Of a DNA stretch of 64,000 bases, positions 39,701 to 52,832 are shown in pieces. The stretch is from Azolla caroliniana. Lineage: Eukaryota; Plantae; Polypodiophyta. The notes below the pieces were generated by a model. That model was given only the letters and a program-made list of their open reading frames with translations, was not told where the DNA came from and ran no database searches. The translations under genes and the position numbers were made by a program. The stretch's first letter is position 1. Each line of letters begins with the position of its first letter. The DNA lies in NCBI GenBank assembly GCA_043228905.1, contig JBHGNT010000011.1:15314001-15378000 (forward strand), written 5' to 3'.

Positions 39701-40826
39701 GCATCACAAACAAGTTTCGATTTATCAGCTTTTTCAAAAAGGTGTGGATACACCCGACTCAAAACCCCATAAGAGGTATGTCCCATACGATGGTGATAAA
39801 GCATCAACAAGCGCTCGCAACTCATTTTAGACCCCCTTACATCTGTTCCCTCTACCATAGATGCTAATGCTGAATCCAGCCCTTCATGATCCAAATACCA
39901 TAGTCCATTATGCCATGTGCCAGTCCCAAGTCTCCGACCTGTCCCGTTCTCTTGGAATGTCACCTTGGGAATATCAAAAGAAGCACATTTTAGTTGGAGT
40001 ATGATAGAACTTATGGATAATAGGTTTACTGGGAAAGAAGGAGCATGCAACACATTAGACAATGTCATAGAGTTGGTACATTTCATTGTACCTATACCAA
40101 CTACAGGTTGTGTTGTACCGTCAGCAGTTTGAATGCTCTCTGATATTGCTAAGTGAGTATACGAGGATAACTTGGTAGCATTACCCGTCACATTCCTAGA
40201 TGCACCAGAATCAATTATGCATTCTGGTGTAGAGGCAAGAGTATGTGTGTTACTAGTACCTTTGGCGGAATAAGCATAGGTAGCAACGTTACCCCTTTGC
40301 ATGAATGCGGCTCTTTGCTTCCTCCTCGGTTTTTCTAAGAGAGCTTGATCCTCTTCGGTGAACATCATCTTAGCTCTGTCCTCCTCTTCTGCTACCATCA
40401 GGTTTGCTTGGTGACCTCTTCTTCCGCCTCTTCGCCCCCCACAACCGCGACCTCTAGTTTGTCCACGTCCTCCATATTCTGGAAGGCGAGGTGGTGGTTG
40501 TGTTCTTGTCACACCTCCAAACGCTACAATCTCAGCCTGCTGCATGTATTTCACCAATGTTTTCACCTGATCCTCGTTCAATTTTGACAACACCTCATCC
40601 ATCTTCTTTTCAATTCTGTTCCGTTCACTGTTACACCAGCAGAGGGGCAGATCTAGGGTTTGGCAGAGGGGAAGATCTAGGGTTTGGCATAGGGGCGGAT
40701 CTAGGCTCTGATACCATATTGAAAAATGAGAAAAACACGCTTATTCTCAAGAATATACATATATGTCACAACCGGAGAAAGGAAACACACAGATCACTTT
40801 TTACATGAGAAGAAGGTTCCTCTTAA
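36776..40826 (-). mobile_element. Younger Ty1/Copia element (Ale/RE1-like, short LTRs) nested in the old Copia; frameshifted pol
   Basis: Near-identical LTR copies at 36776-36946 and 40717-40826; PBS TGGTATCAGAG at 40716-40706; PPT AGGGGGAG at about 36947-36955. Domains in Copia order: PR (IIDSGAS), INT (HSDVWGP, RSDNGTEY), RT ([17 protein letters not shown]), RNase H (YCDSDWA, CDNKSAI, RTKHIEID). Confidence 0.95.
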
Positions 40827-41007
40827 AAAACAATATTTCTTAACAGACTCTGCAGGTTTCTGATTTTGTCAACCTTCATCTCAAAGGAAAGCTCCTTTTG
40901 AGATTTTTTTGCAAACTGCCTTTTGCTAAGGAACCACAGCCCAGAGAATCTGAAGTTCCCGATGAATTCAAAATTTTCTTCAACTGGGGAAAATATGTCC
41001 AATGTTC

Positions 41008-41564
41008 TGTTATAAATATGTAGCCAGCCACAACCGGTCAACACGTGCAAATGAGAGACACAGAGAACACGACAACAGTACACAACAGACAAAAGAAAGA
41101 AAGCACAAAGACACAAGATTTTAGCGTGGAAAACCCTGAGATGGAAAAACCACGGGAGTCCACAAACTCCAAAATATCACTATAGTAGGAAGGAATACAA
41201 CAGGAGACACTAAGGCAACAACCTTGAGCTCATCTTTGTCTGATAACGGTTACGCACACAGAGATATACTCTACTACTCTCTGTCTATATCAACAGCAAC
41301 AATTGTTCAATAACAATCACAATGATTTGCCTAGGTGTATTAATACTCATACACAATATGAGCTATTTACAAATATAGCCCCGAGTCGGCTTTGACCCAT
41401 TCGGCTATTAGCTGAATCGACTATCATTCGATTATCGGCCTCGACCGAATTGGAAATCGGTCGATTTTTCGGCCTCGGCCGAGTTGCTATAGACCGATTC
41501 GGCTTGTTCTCACTCTCATTTGACTTATGTCCTTCCCATCCGGAGGGACCAGTTTTTCCCAACA
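41008..41564. mobile_element. Solo LTR (557 bp, Copia-type) inserted in the old Copia
   Basis: TGTTA...CAACA termini with a perfect 5-bp TSD TGTTC (41003-41007 and 41565-41569). Internal GTGGAAAACCC...AAAAACCACGG motif. The host protease-region frame resumes on both sides. Confidence 0.88.
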
Positions 41565-43239
41565 TGTTCTAACATTGCAAAGCTGCAACAAATCCATTCC
41601 TGGTTGGGACACATGATATGTGCATCCTGAGGCAAGCATCCATGAATATGGCAGATATTCTCCATTCCATGATGCCAAGAATATACTAACAATTTCATCT
41701 TTATCGGCTTTGTTTTTGTTTCCTTTTGATTCTACTTCTCTTCAAAGTCTCTTTTCAATTTGTGACAGAATTGTCTGGTATGTCTTTTCTTATGACAGCA
41801 ATGTTGCGACATCTGACGTGACTCTTGGGATCAATTGCTTGGGCCATTTTGCCCAGAAGATTTACTTCTACCATGCCTTAATTTCATCTTGTTATTTTCT
41901 TTCACAACAAGACTTTCGGTTTGAGACAAACTTCTTGGCTGTTTGATTTTCCGTCTCTAGAAGGTCTGTTATGACTTCATCAATTGTCAAAGTTTGTATC
42001 CTGACAAATGACATTGTCATCAAAGTCAAGTATGATTTGCCAAAGAAGCCAACTTAATAATGGCTTGATCTTTCTGTCAGTTTTGATCATAACACTAAGA
42101 AGTGCATACAAGTGACATGGTCATCAAAGTCACATAACAGTTTGTCAAAGAAGCCAACAAAATAATGGCTTGATCTTCTTTGTACATTTTAATCTCAACA
42201 CGAAGTAGTTTTGAGTGATGCACTTGTTCATGTGAATTGGAGACTTCAACGCAAACAACTCTTTCTTCAAGTAGAACCTATTCATCAAAGGGTATGACAT
42301 GTAAAACAGGCTCCCCAGCTTCTCCCACAGCTCCGCAAGAGAAGCTTTGAATCTGATTTCTTGAGTAAGAGTGAACTGCGTTATGCTCACTATCTTCATT
42401 TGCCATGCATTCCAAACATCATTTCCTATGTGTTGGGGTTTTACATCAAATAAAGCTGTATATAGACCCTGTCGTACCCACACATCTTTGGCAGTACGTT
42501 GCTGCAAAATATGGAAGTTGATCTTCCCATCAAAGGCACCAAGTGGAACTATGCATTTGCCATGGCTCTGATACCAATTGTTGCGGTGGTGGGCAATCCG
42601 TTGGCAAATCTGATATTGGTCAATTAAAAGCATAACAAAACAAAATGAAAGAGGGAACACAAGAAATTTACATGATTCAGTAAATTGTCTGTGTCCATGG
42701 GATGGAGACCAGTATTAAGAAAAGTACAAGTGGGATGCAAGTGAAAACCCACCCTCAATTCAGCCTCAACCTCACTTACTTGAAAGGTGTTAAAAACATT
42801 TCCATGATACTAAAAGGCCTGAATATGTATGGGAGTCTTACTTGAAAGTGCGAATGCAGTTTTTATAGTCAACTCAAGCATATGGATGAGATATTTCATC
42901 TGCCTTATGATTGTAATACATCTATGTTAAGAGATGTTTTACAAACTTACGTTTTTTTCTTTCTCATGTTTTGCAGCCAAAATGTGTCAGATACCAGCCA
43001 AAATTGTACACTAGAATTCACTAGAAAGATTTATATTACATAAGGTCTTTAAGGCCACGTACTTGTAATTCAGCCCAATATCAAGAGTTCTTGAAACAAG
43101 ACAGGATGTATTATAAACCAGACAAGAAAGGGCAATATCATTTGCCCATTGTCAACTCCAATGAGTGGGAAATCAGCCTTAATTTCAGTAAATTAAAAAG
43201 GCATTGATTTCCAGAATATGACTAAGATCATTTCCAGAA

Positions 43240-44640
43240 TAATGTAATGCACAATTATGAATGATGTCTCCATTTGACCTTCTTACTCACGTCCTTTTCG
43301 TTGACAACCTAGATACTCACTATCTTGATCGAACAAAACATTGAACGTGCACCATGTAAATAACTATGCCACTGCTTAAAAGCACACACAATAGCAATAG
43401 GTTGTGTGCATGTGGAGAAAATCTATTGGGTGTTGTCAAGCTTTTCATTCTCGACTTTAGCAAAGGTCTGCCATGTTGGGTAAGATGATCTAGATTGCAA
43501 AAGAACTCACATGTTTTCCAATACGAATTGATTACGTGGGTGTTGTACTAATCCCTATATCAAGTAGACCAAGCTTTGTTGTTGAGGATCCCTCTAATAG
43601 AATTATACCTGCCATTCTCCAATTATTTTGTCATTGATATACAATAGTCAGCATAATTCTGGATATATTTGCCATAATAGCTTATGAGAACTAGAAAACT
43701 TCGTAACATAGAACTTCCGGAGGTGAAGGTCACTCCATAATTGGTTTGACCTTGGTGAGTTCCATTTGGATATTGTTGGTAGTAATGATTTTTTGGCACA
43801 AAAAATCATACATAAAGTTATAAGTATTAGGATGCATCGGCTCAACTTGAACAAATCAAAAAGTTTCCCATGTGTTAAAGATAGCCATCATCCATTTTAC
43901 TACATGCAAGAATATCATCTTCTAAGATAATTCTACCAGTGATATCTAAAGGTTTAGTTTAAGCATTTGTTAATCCAAAGGGGGTGACTAAAAGTTCATT
44001 ATGTGCAAACCGAGAATATAAAAAAGTTTTATGGACACCTGCATCCAAACTACATAGAAAACACTCATAAACTATGCATAGACAAATCACAACTTAAATA
44101 CCGAGTTTCAATGTTACAGATAATTATCAGTTAAGGTGGCACACCCTTCTCCCCATTAACACTATTGTCTAGTCTCAATTTCTTATCTAGATGATAATCA
44201 AATTTTAGTATGTTGCTCCATGATCATAGTACCAAATACAAACACGACGTTTGATTGTGGTACCATGTACATTCAAAACAATGCAATTGGTCCTAAGGAT
44301 TATTATAATATGTTGGTTCAATCTATGCAAGAATTTGGAAAAATTATGGAGGTAGAAAGCATACAATATATACCCTTGGAATCCCTTGGTATGTCAATAA
44401 AGAAGGGATTGGGCACAAAGGGATGCCCATGATTACAACAAGTGCTAACATTTGGACCAACCAACAGAATCCTTCCCTTCTGATGGTACTGAGTGGAAGG
44501 GCCATTTCTCAATGGATATAAACTATTCTATAAATAATAGACTGATCTATATGGACTGAAATGATACAAGCTAGTGAATTCCAAATAGTCTAAAAAGATG
44601 GTGTGAAGTAGGATTCTGCATGTTTTAATACCTCTCCAAA
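43240..44640 (-). mobile_element. Highly degenerate Ty3/Gypsy pol remnant (RT and RNase H)
   Basis: Minus-strand peptides HKTFLYSRFAHNELLVTPFGLTNA (cf. HKTAF...YEFLVMPFGLTNA), a DDIL-like motif near 43915, and IAIVCAFKQWHSYLHG (RNase H). Boundaries uncertain. Confidence 0.7.
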
Positions 44641-45202
44641 CTATTAGCCCACATAAAATACTGCCACAATTCAACTCAACCGAATAATCCCCAACAACAT
44701 TCCATTTGGGATTAAATAAATAAATTTCATCATCTTTCCCTTCATTTTCAGCTCATTGTAGCAATTATTTATCTGAGCACTTAACAAATCTCAAATTCTT
44801 GTGTTTTACATGAACATGTATTTGTTTCTGAAATAGAAAGTTTCGTGTACAAGAGTATTATGTTTTTCGTGTCTTTAGAGCATTTTCTTATTAAACTTCC
44901 TTCTCAGTGAAATCTCGCTTGCATATGGAGAGTCTAACATGGATTTCAAGACACGAGTCAATACAGATGTAATAAAATAACAGCTTTTGATCATTCGCAT
45001 GAACTCAGTTGTACACCATTCTCTCGCCTAATCCTTATTTCTTTTTACCATATTGCACAAAAACAAATAAACAAATATTGATAATTCACAAGATCCCCCA
45101 TCAAAGAATCCATTCAACATTCTGCATAACACATGGATGCTGATACGCCATGACAATCTAGATAGAATACATACACTACACATGCAGAGTGTATACGTAG
45201 CT

Positions 45203-48200
45203 TCACATTAATGAGCCGGATTCTACTAATTTACTCGCAGGTGCTCGTTGCCGACGTTCCACGTGTGATGTTGGGAACCATCCACAGTTTCCTTTACATT
45301 CACCTTCAGACCAACCACTTGGGGAGACCTGTGAATCACACTGTATGCTCAATATAACTGCTCAAATCACATGTAGATAATCATTGGTTACAAATGATGC
45401 AAAGATGGAGGAAACCACAACATCAAATTCTAGGGGACAAAATGTTATGATGTACCAAGCATAGCATAGATAAAACACAAAAAAATCATTAAAATGATGC
45501 AAAGATGGAGAAAGACACAGCATGCATAATATGCTGACACATTTTTTGAAACTTCATAAATTCCAGTAAAATACATTGAAACATTTTTTAATAAGGCTAT
45601 ATATAAATCATTATGCATATTTTGATGGAATTCCTAGCATTCAATTTCTCCTCCGTTGCATAATCTTTAAATAGAAATGGAGCAAAGTAAAAATTACGTT
45701 GAAGCACAAACAGAAATGACAGAAAATGCTCACCTGACGAACAACAACGTAATCGCCTACCGTCAGGGAAATCTCGCCTGGAGCTTCTGCTTCAAATGGA
45801 TGTAGCACCTATTTGTAGGAATATAAACAGTAAAATTAAAAGGGATGCTATGGCAAACAAATGCTTTTATTTGCATGGCTCTTATAGATTGTTAACTTGA
45901 AAGGTGCTTGAAATAAAAATGTGAACCTAAAAAAACCAGAGCTAAAATGTTGTGCAACCATTCTGGATAAACTCCCCAAAAAAGTCAAAGTTCACATACC
46001 TACAGATGTTTGAGATTCACAAGCACACAATCCTTTACAATATAGATGTTTGTTTATTAAAAAAAGTACAAGCACATTTCACTCATTTTTTGTGCATTTG
46101 TTCTTTTGGTTTTCATTGATAACAGGAATATAAAAATTAAAATTAAATGGGATGCTACGGCAAACAAATGCTTTTATTTGAATGCTTATATAGATCGTTA
46201 ACTTGAAAGGTGCTTGAAATAAAAATGTGAGCTTAAAAAAAACAAGGCTAAAATGTTGTGCTCCAACCATTCTGGATAAACTCCCAAAAAATATCAAAGT
46301 TCACATACCTACAGATGTTTGAGATTCACATGCACACAATCCTTCACAATGTAGATGTTTGTTTATTAAAAAGAGTACAAACACATTTCACTCATTTTTT
46401 GTGCATTTTTTCTTTTGGTTTTCATTGATAACAGAACTACATGCATGACACAATCACAACATACGAAAGCTTGATGCCTAATAATTGTAAATGACAGAAA
46501 TGTGATTTATGATTGAAGTTCAAATCATTAATAACTCTCGTACACATTATGTGGATTGATTGCCACGTACAGGATCAAAAAGCAAGGTTATATATCATCA
46601 CCTCTGCAAAGAAGAACATTGTCTTCTGAGTTTCAGTCACTTCAGCATTTTGTATGGCAGATTCTGATTCATTTGTTTTGATTTCTTCATATGATGGTGG
46701 TGCCAGATAAGACTCTCCAGATGCAGTGATTGATGGTGTAACTTCACTATGTTGACGTTCAGCAACCATCTATATTCCATTAAAAGAACATGGTGGTAGT
46801 TATAAGCATCTCTTAAAAGACATTAATATTTCTTTCTTTCTTTCTATCTTTCATCGACAAATCTATTCTGGATTTTCTACAACAGATAATTGGTATATAC
46901 TAGGATTCATAAACAAGTAATGCATCTATGGCACCTGGGCGTGCAACTGATCGAGAACTTCTGCACTTCGCTGATGATATAAACGTTCAGCTTCAACCTG
47001 TAGTTTCACATAAAAACTACATGTTTAGACTTGCAATGGTAATACATTAAACATAAAGAAACTACATTTCAATCTTTGTTTAATTTTATTATTTCTAAGC
47101 ACATACATGCTGAAAGTTTGTGAAATTGAATCCATAGATGAAAGAAAAGATCAGGTGAAGAAAACCCAAATAAAGATAAGTGCACACACAAGCTGAAGCT
47201 GACTAGAAAACGTTTCCATGCCTAGGTGAGACTATGTTTTACATAAAAAGGCTACAATTGAATCTCGGTCAATTTCTATCAAGAAGCAGCAGCTAAGGTT
47301 TAAACAATGAATTCAGAGATAGGAAAGAAGTCAAAATGAATCAAGAGACATTTTACGCAAGCTGAATGCAAAACAATTCCATGCCTAGATGTGGCAGCAA
47401 AGTTGTTCATACCATAGACATTATATGGATGTGTTCAATTATAATTGGCTTCATAGAGCAGACTAATGGGATTCAATTATTTCAATGAATTGACAAGGTG
47501 TCTTGCCCTCACATCATGTGGGCTACGTACACAAGAAAAACAAAGAAATCAGAGGGTTAACAATCAATCATATACGATCCCAATCAAGATATATACACTC
47601 CCCCTATAAGGATAACATGATATCCTGGAAAGGTTCATTAGTCATAGAAATAAATGTTCTGAAATACAAATACGGAAGAAAGAAAAATCAAGCATATCAA
47701 CAAAGTCTTGCACCCTTCTAGAACATGATCTTAACTTGCCAACACTTGGATGAGGATCTGTAGATGGGAATATATTCTTTCTGCTTTATTTAATTCTTGG
47801 ATGTGGATCTTTTTATTGTTTCTCAGATAGACATCTGATGGAGATGGATGAAAATGATATGCCTGCATGATATCACTGTGTTATAGATTCCAACAATGCT
47901 GAAAATTTTCGCGCAAGTTACCTTCAAATATTGGTAAGGAAAAACTACAATATATCCGAGCATTTAAACCCCAAATGTGAATATGTTTTCATTATTCCCC
48001 TAATCTCCCTTTGTGACAGATGAATTCACCATATAAAGGCTCAAATGGCACATGCAAACGGGGATGATTGACCATATACTTGTTCAAACAGCGCAAAATT
48101 GAAATAATGGGCATTTGCTGAAATAAAGAAAAACTGAGGAGGGTGTAGTTTGGTAGTTTTCCATACCACAAAATGGCAGGAATTTATGTGACATGGAAAA

Positions 48201-51200
48201 TCTGGAAAATGCAACAAAAACTCATTCCATAAAACTGGCATGTAATGGAAGTTTGAATACTTACCATTGCAATGAGACGTTGAAGAGTAAGACGTTGCTG
48301 TTGACCTTCAACTGCAACCATGGCAGCTACTGCCTCCTTTCCAAGTGTTGACATAGCTGCTTGAAGCTCTGCTAGCTTTGTCTCTGCAACTTGCAGTCTG
48401 TATATGTTCTCTGCATTCCCAACCACCTCTTTGGACTTTACTTGTTTCTTAGAAACATCAATGGCCTGATTGATTTGATCAATAAAAGGTTTTGTTAGGA
48501 TTTGAAGTCACAACAGGCTTATAGTTAAGATGGGTATATGTTCCACTCTGATATAATACATGAGATGATGATTATGCTTTAGAGGTATTTTTTATCATAC
48601 GTTTAGTATGCTTGCATGGCTGCATGGCTGCATGTGTGACACATATTCAGTATGAGAGCTATTCTCAACTTGTAATACATCTTGACGATGTTCATTGATC
48701 ATAACTCATCATAATATATAGACACTGTAAAATATCTCTTCATGAGACTTTTACTCTTGCCATCTATTTCTTATTTATATAACTGTATTCATTATATTGT
48801 ATGATCTCCCTGGCTCCCTTATCTTCTTCTTTGCAGAGAAAACATTAATTACAATACAGAACTAACTGCCATAACAAAGCTAGATCTATTGTAACCTGAG
48901 TTTCTGCTTCTTGCCGTAGCCGATCATATCTTTGGCACAAATGTCTTGCGTCTTCAAGAGGAGCACCCATCACCATAGCTCTCAAAGGTTCTGCTACCTG
49001 GCATATGTGGTTTAATATGTAAATAACAAAAAACTCAATCTGCCATATTTTATAAAAACATTTGAAGATCCACAACGTTTGTAAAGTCAATTATAAGATC
49101 ATGATGCAAAGCATCACAAAAAGAAAAATAGAAATTGCATGAAAGCTAGAGAAGGCATATTGCATGACATTTAAACAAGGTATGCAGATCCAGTTAACCT
49201 GAGTTCCAAGAGCACGTAGCAAAGTCTCTCTTTCCTTCTCCATTTGCTGGATTGCATTGCCAAATATATTTGATGCTCGAGCAAGAGCTCCTGTAGAACT
49301 TGGTCCTTCAGTGGCATATTTGCGGCAGTCTTCTGATAGCTTAATGCCTGAAGAAAAGCCATTATAAGAAACCCAATAGAATGAACTACTCTAGCTAGCA
49401 ATTTAAAGATGGTGGGCTTTTCGAATATAACAAAGACAAGAAGTAATAACCTTACAATAGGCAAGTGATCATATAAAAATATCAGGCATTGAATAAATGT
49501 GTTAGAAATAAGGAGTATGAAAGCCTGATATGACAGGCAAATGATCTACTGCAAGCATCAGCCTATATGAGGCATGAAAGATTAATATAATAGGCAAGCG
49601 AATACAACACAAACTTCACCGATCTTGCATACAAGTGATAAAAACAAGAGGTATGAAGACCTAACATGATAGGCAAGTGATCACCTACAATTTCATCATT
49701 CTGCATATATGTAATAAAAACGAGAGGTATGGAGTCCTAATATGGTATGCAAAGGGCAACATACAACTTCATCAATCTTGCATATATGTGATAAAAACAA
49801 GAGTTATAAAGTTCCTATATGACAGGAAAGTAATTGCATGCAACCATCACCATCGTACGTGTAATGAGAATAAGGCTTGAAAGATTAATATGATATCCAA
49901 GGGATCACATCAAACATCAGCAATGCATACATGGGATGAGAATAAGGGAAATGAAATGCTAATACGTTAGGCAAGTGACCACATACAAACATCCAGTTGT
50001 TTTGTCCCTGAAGCGATGAAACCGTCAATGCCTCTGATGACATCTTTTTGAAAATGCTGCAACATTCCAGTTCTTAAGTAAGAGAAAAACGAACAAAAAT
50101 AAGAAATGAAATGAACTGTTAGCTTCTGAATGACGCAAGAACAAAATGTCGTGAACAGCTAAATCTGTGAAATGGCAATACATACCTTTGCAGCTCGTGT
50201 TGATATGTAGAGTTTTTCTAGTTGTTGGTGTCTTTTAAGGTCTGCTACATCTGCAAAGACTTCAGAATCCTGTGAGGTTGTGTGCCCAGAAAACTGCTTG
50301 AACACAGCCTGAAGACAAAAAGAACTCTAGTCTTAGTAAAAACCCCAAGAAAACACAAAAGGTGAAATGATAGTAGAATCCAAACTTTCATAGATAGCAC
50401 TACATATTGAGACATAAATAAGAAATAAGGAGGAGAAAAAACAACTCCAAATAGTTTTGAACTTTCTTTATTTCCCCAAATTCCCTCGAGTTTCTATTAT
50501 TTCTCCAAATGCCATTGGCCAACCCCATGTCAAGCAAATATTACTATTTTCAGCAATTCATCCTCTTCACCTCTTTTGGAAGTTGTCAGAATTAAAAACA
50601 AAAGAAGGATAGAAGCTATACATCTGCATACCTTGAACATCTTTTCTTCACGAGAATTATAATTCTTTGCTTTACATATGTCACAACCATTTATGATACA
50701 CTAATGTGATAAAACTGGCAACCGTTTTAGAGAGTAATGATTTTCTTAAGAATGTTATAATGTACTAATGGAACCTTATATTCATCCTCTGTACATAATT
50801 GGTCACATTTATAATTTCAAGAGATGGAAAACAAGAGAAAGTGAAATTTATTTTAATTTTGGGATGAAATAAAGTATCTTCTCTAAACAACAAATAAATA
50901 GAGGCAACCTACAATAAAAAAACTTACATACCATGCTGATCCATATCAACGCACTACACTTCAAACTTCAAATGGAACCAAAAACACAGAATCTTGCTTC
51001 TTTCTTCGTAAGGAATATGTTTCCATGAGTTCCAATTTAAGAAGAAAGAAGATAGAAGCTCATTGTGAATACAAATTTATGGACAATCTGTAATAAACCA
51101 AATTTGGAAATATAAAGATACAAAAGAATGGTCCATTTAGCCCACTGTTGCTGATGCACTTTAAACTATTTGAGTTACGGAGGCTTGTAACTGTTTATCC

Positions 51201-52832
51201 AGAGATAACGTGTCTGTTTGATAATACTAGTCTGCTATTGCTGAAGCACTTTAAACTATTTGAGTTAAGGAGGCTTGTAACTGCTTATCCAGAGATAACA
51301 GTCTGTCTGATGATAATAATGTTATGACAGACTTTGTAGACATATTAGCTATTCTTCCCTCCATCCTTGCAATTTACTGTAGGGTTACAAGTGCACATTC
51401 ATAATGTTATCTCTGCTCATTACATATGTTACCCAGCATGCCAACATATGTTTATTAGGTCAAGGACTATAATTTTGCGAATCATCCAAGCTTCAAGCTA
51501 CCCTTGTGACACTTGCTTTAATGTGTAAAATATAAAGAAAGTTTATCCAGCTAGCCAGGAAAAAAATGAAGCAGAACTAATTGTACAATCATGCAGATAG
51601 AATGGTAACAAAACATCATACCTATCATGGACATTAGAACAACCTGAACTCTATGAATCAAGGTAGTCATTAGACCAAACTATGAACCACGTAGTCATGT
51701 CATTGATTCATCATGCACTTCATTAGGATGGGGACCTTCCTCAAGAATTTGTCAAATGGTTGGAAGATCTAGTCAACGGTAATAGCCCCATAGATACTTC
51801 CTAGCAAGTTTGATTATCATCTTTCTATAATGTGGCAGTCCTTTATGTCAAAGTTTGTGGAAGAGAAGATTGATCAAATGAAATTACCAATATTAGATGG
51901 AGCAACAAAGGTTCAGACCAAGTATCTAAATGCATTTCCCATCATTATGTAGTGAGATATCCCTTCATGTCAATGTTGAAGGAAGAGATGATCAATTAAA
52001 AACAACTACGAGTATTAGATGGAACAAAAATGGTTCAGAATCCACATTTTGAAGGAAATTTTCCTTTTTTATATAGCAAGGGTTTTTTTATGCCAATGCT
52101 TGTGGAGAGAGAATCAACTAAGGAAGCATTCATATTGGATGGAACAAATACACTGGTTCAAAATCTGCATCTGAGTAACAATCGGCAACGGTTCGGTTTG
52201 AACCGAACCGAACCGCTAAACGGTTCGGTTCAGGTTTAACACTTAACGGTTCAGTTCAGGTTTAGGTTTTTATTAACGGTTCGGTTCGGTTTCCACAGTC
52301 AAAAACCGCGGTTTAACAGTTTTTTATTTTTTATTTTAATTTTTTAAAAAAAATCTAAAAAAACTTTAAAATTATTTTTAAACAATCTTTTCATTTTTAG
52401 ACCTTATTCTCACATTTTAGGAACATCTTAAAAATTTAAAAAAATTAAAAAGTAAAAATTTGACCTATGGAAAACTGAAACTGAACCATGAAACCTCGGT
52501 TTTTACGGTTTAATGGTTTAACGGTTTGAAAAATGTTTAACGGTTTTGTGGTTTGGTTCGGTTTGGTTCAGGTTTTTTAAAAAATTAACAGTTCGGTTTG
52601 GACCCTCTCAAAACGAACCGAACCGTTGCCGATTGTTACATCTGAGTGCATTTTTCATCATAAATATATAGTGAGGTATTTCTTCACATCAAAGTTTATG
52701 GAAAAGAAAGATCGATCAGTAAAAAATAATGGTATGAGATGGAAAACAACATGAATTTTAATACAACCATACCTGTTGTTGCTTGGCTACTTGGTCCCGG
52801 ATTTTTGTTGCTTGCCTACGAAGTGTGTCCAT
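45203..52832 (-). CDS. SH3P2: SH3 domain-containing protein (N-BAR + SH3), SH3P2-like; 10 coding exons (52832-52773, 50308-50186, 50056-49987, 49347-49199, 48997-48896, 48465-48265, 46997-46935, 46769-46602, 45808-45734, 45328-45203), 378 aa; 5' UTR exon ends at 54417
   Basis: Motifs MDTLRRQATKIRDQVAKQQQAVFKQF, HQQLEKLYISTRAAKHFQKD, VAEPLRAMVMGAPLEDARHL and QQQRLTLQRLIAM, plus the SH3 segment VLHPFEAEAPGEISLTVGDYVVVRQV...GWSEGECKGNCGWFP. Total 1137 nt in frame. Confidence 0.93.
45833..46434. repeat. Intronic tandem duplication, about 305 bp x2
   Basis: AAATTAAA.GGGATGCTA.GGCAAACAAATGCTTTTATTTG at about 45833 and 46140, both ending TTTTCATTGATAACAG. Confidence 0.9.
51144..51312. repeat. Intronic tandem duplication, about 90 bp x2
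   Basis: TGCTGA.GCACTTTAAACTATTTGAGTTA.GGAGGCTTGTAACTG.TTATCCAGAGATAAC occurs twice. Confidence 0.9.
52176..52638. mobile_element. hAT-superfamily MITE (463 bp) in an SH3P intron
   Basis: Perfect TIRs TAACAATCGGCAACGGTTCGGTT / AACCGAACCGTTGCCGATTGTTA, 8-bp TSD CATCTGAG (52168-52175 and 52639-52646), subterminal AACCG/CGGTT repeats and an AT-rich core. Confidence 0.93.

Larger units (their letters stand above)
34212..42920 (-). mobile_element. Old degenerate Ty1/Copia LTR retrotransposon (host of two nested insertions); ends approximate
   Basis: PBS-Met at 42565-42576; gag LGAFDGKINF; protease WMLASGCTYHV; integrase LDYVHTDVW; PPT AAGGTGGAGAT at about 34517-34527. Diverged homologous LTRs at about 34212-34516 and from 42579 (shared GTGGGYAATC..GTTGGCAAA and GAATTTA..TG.TTCAGTAA). 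Confidence 0.75.
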
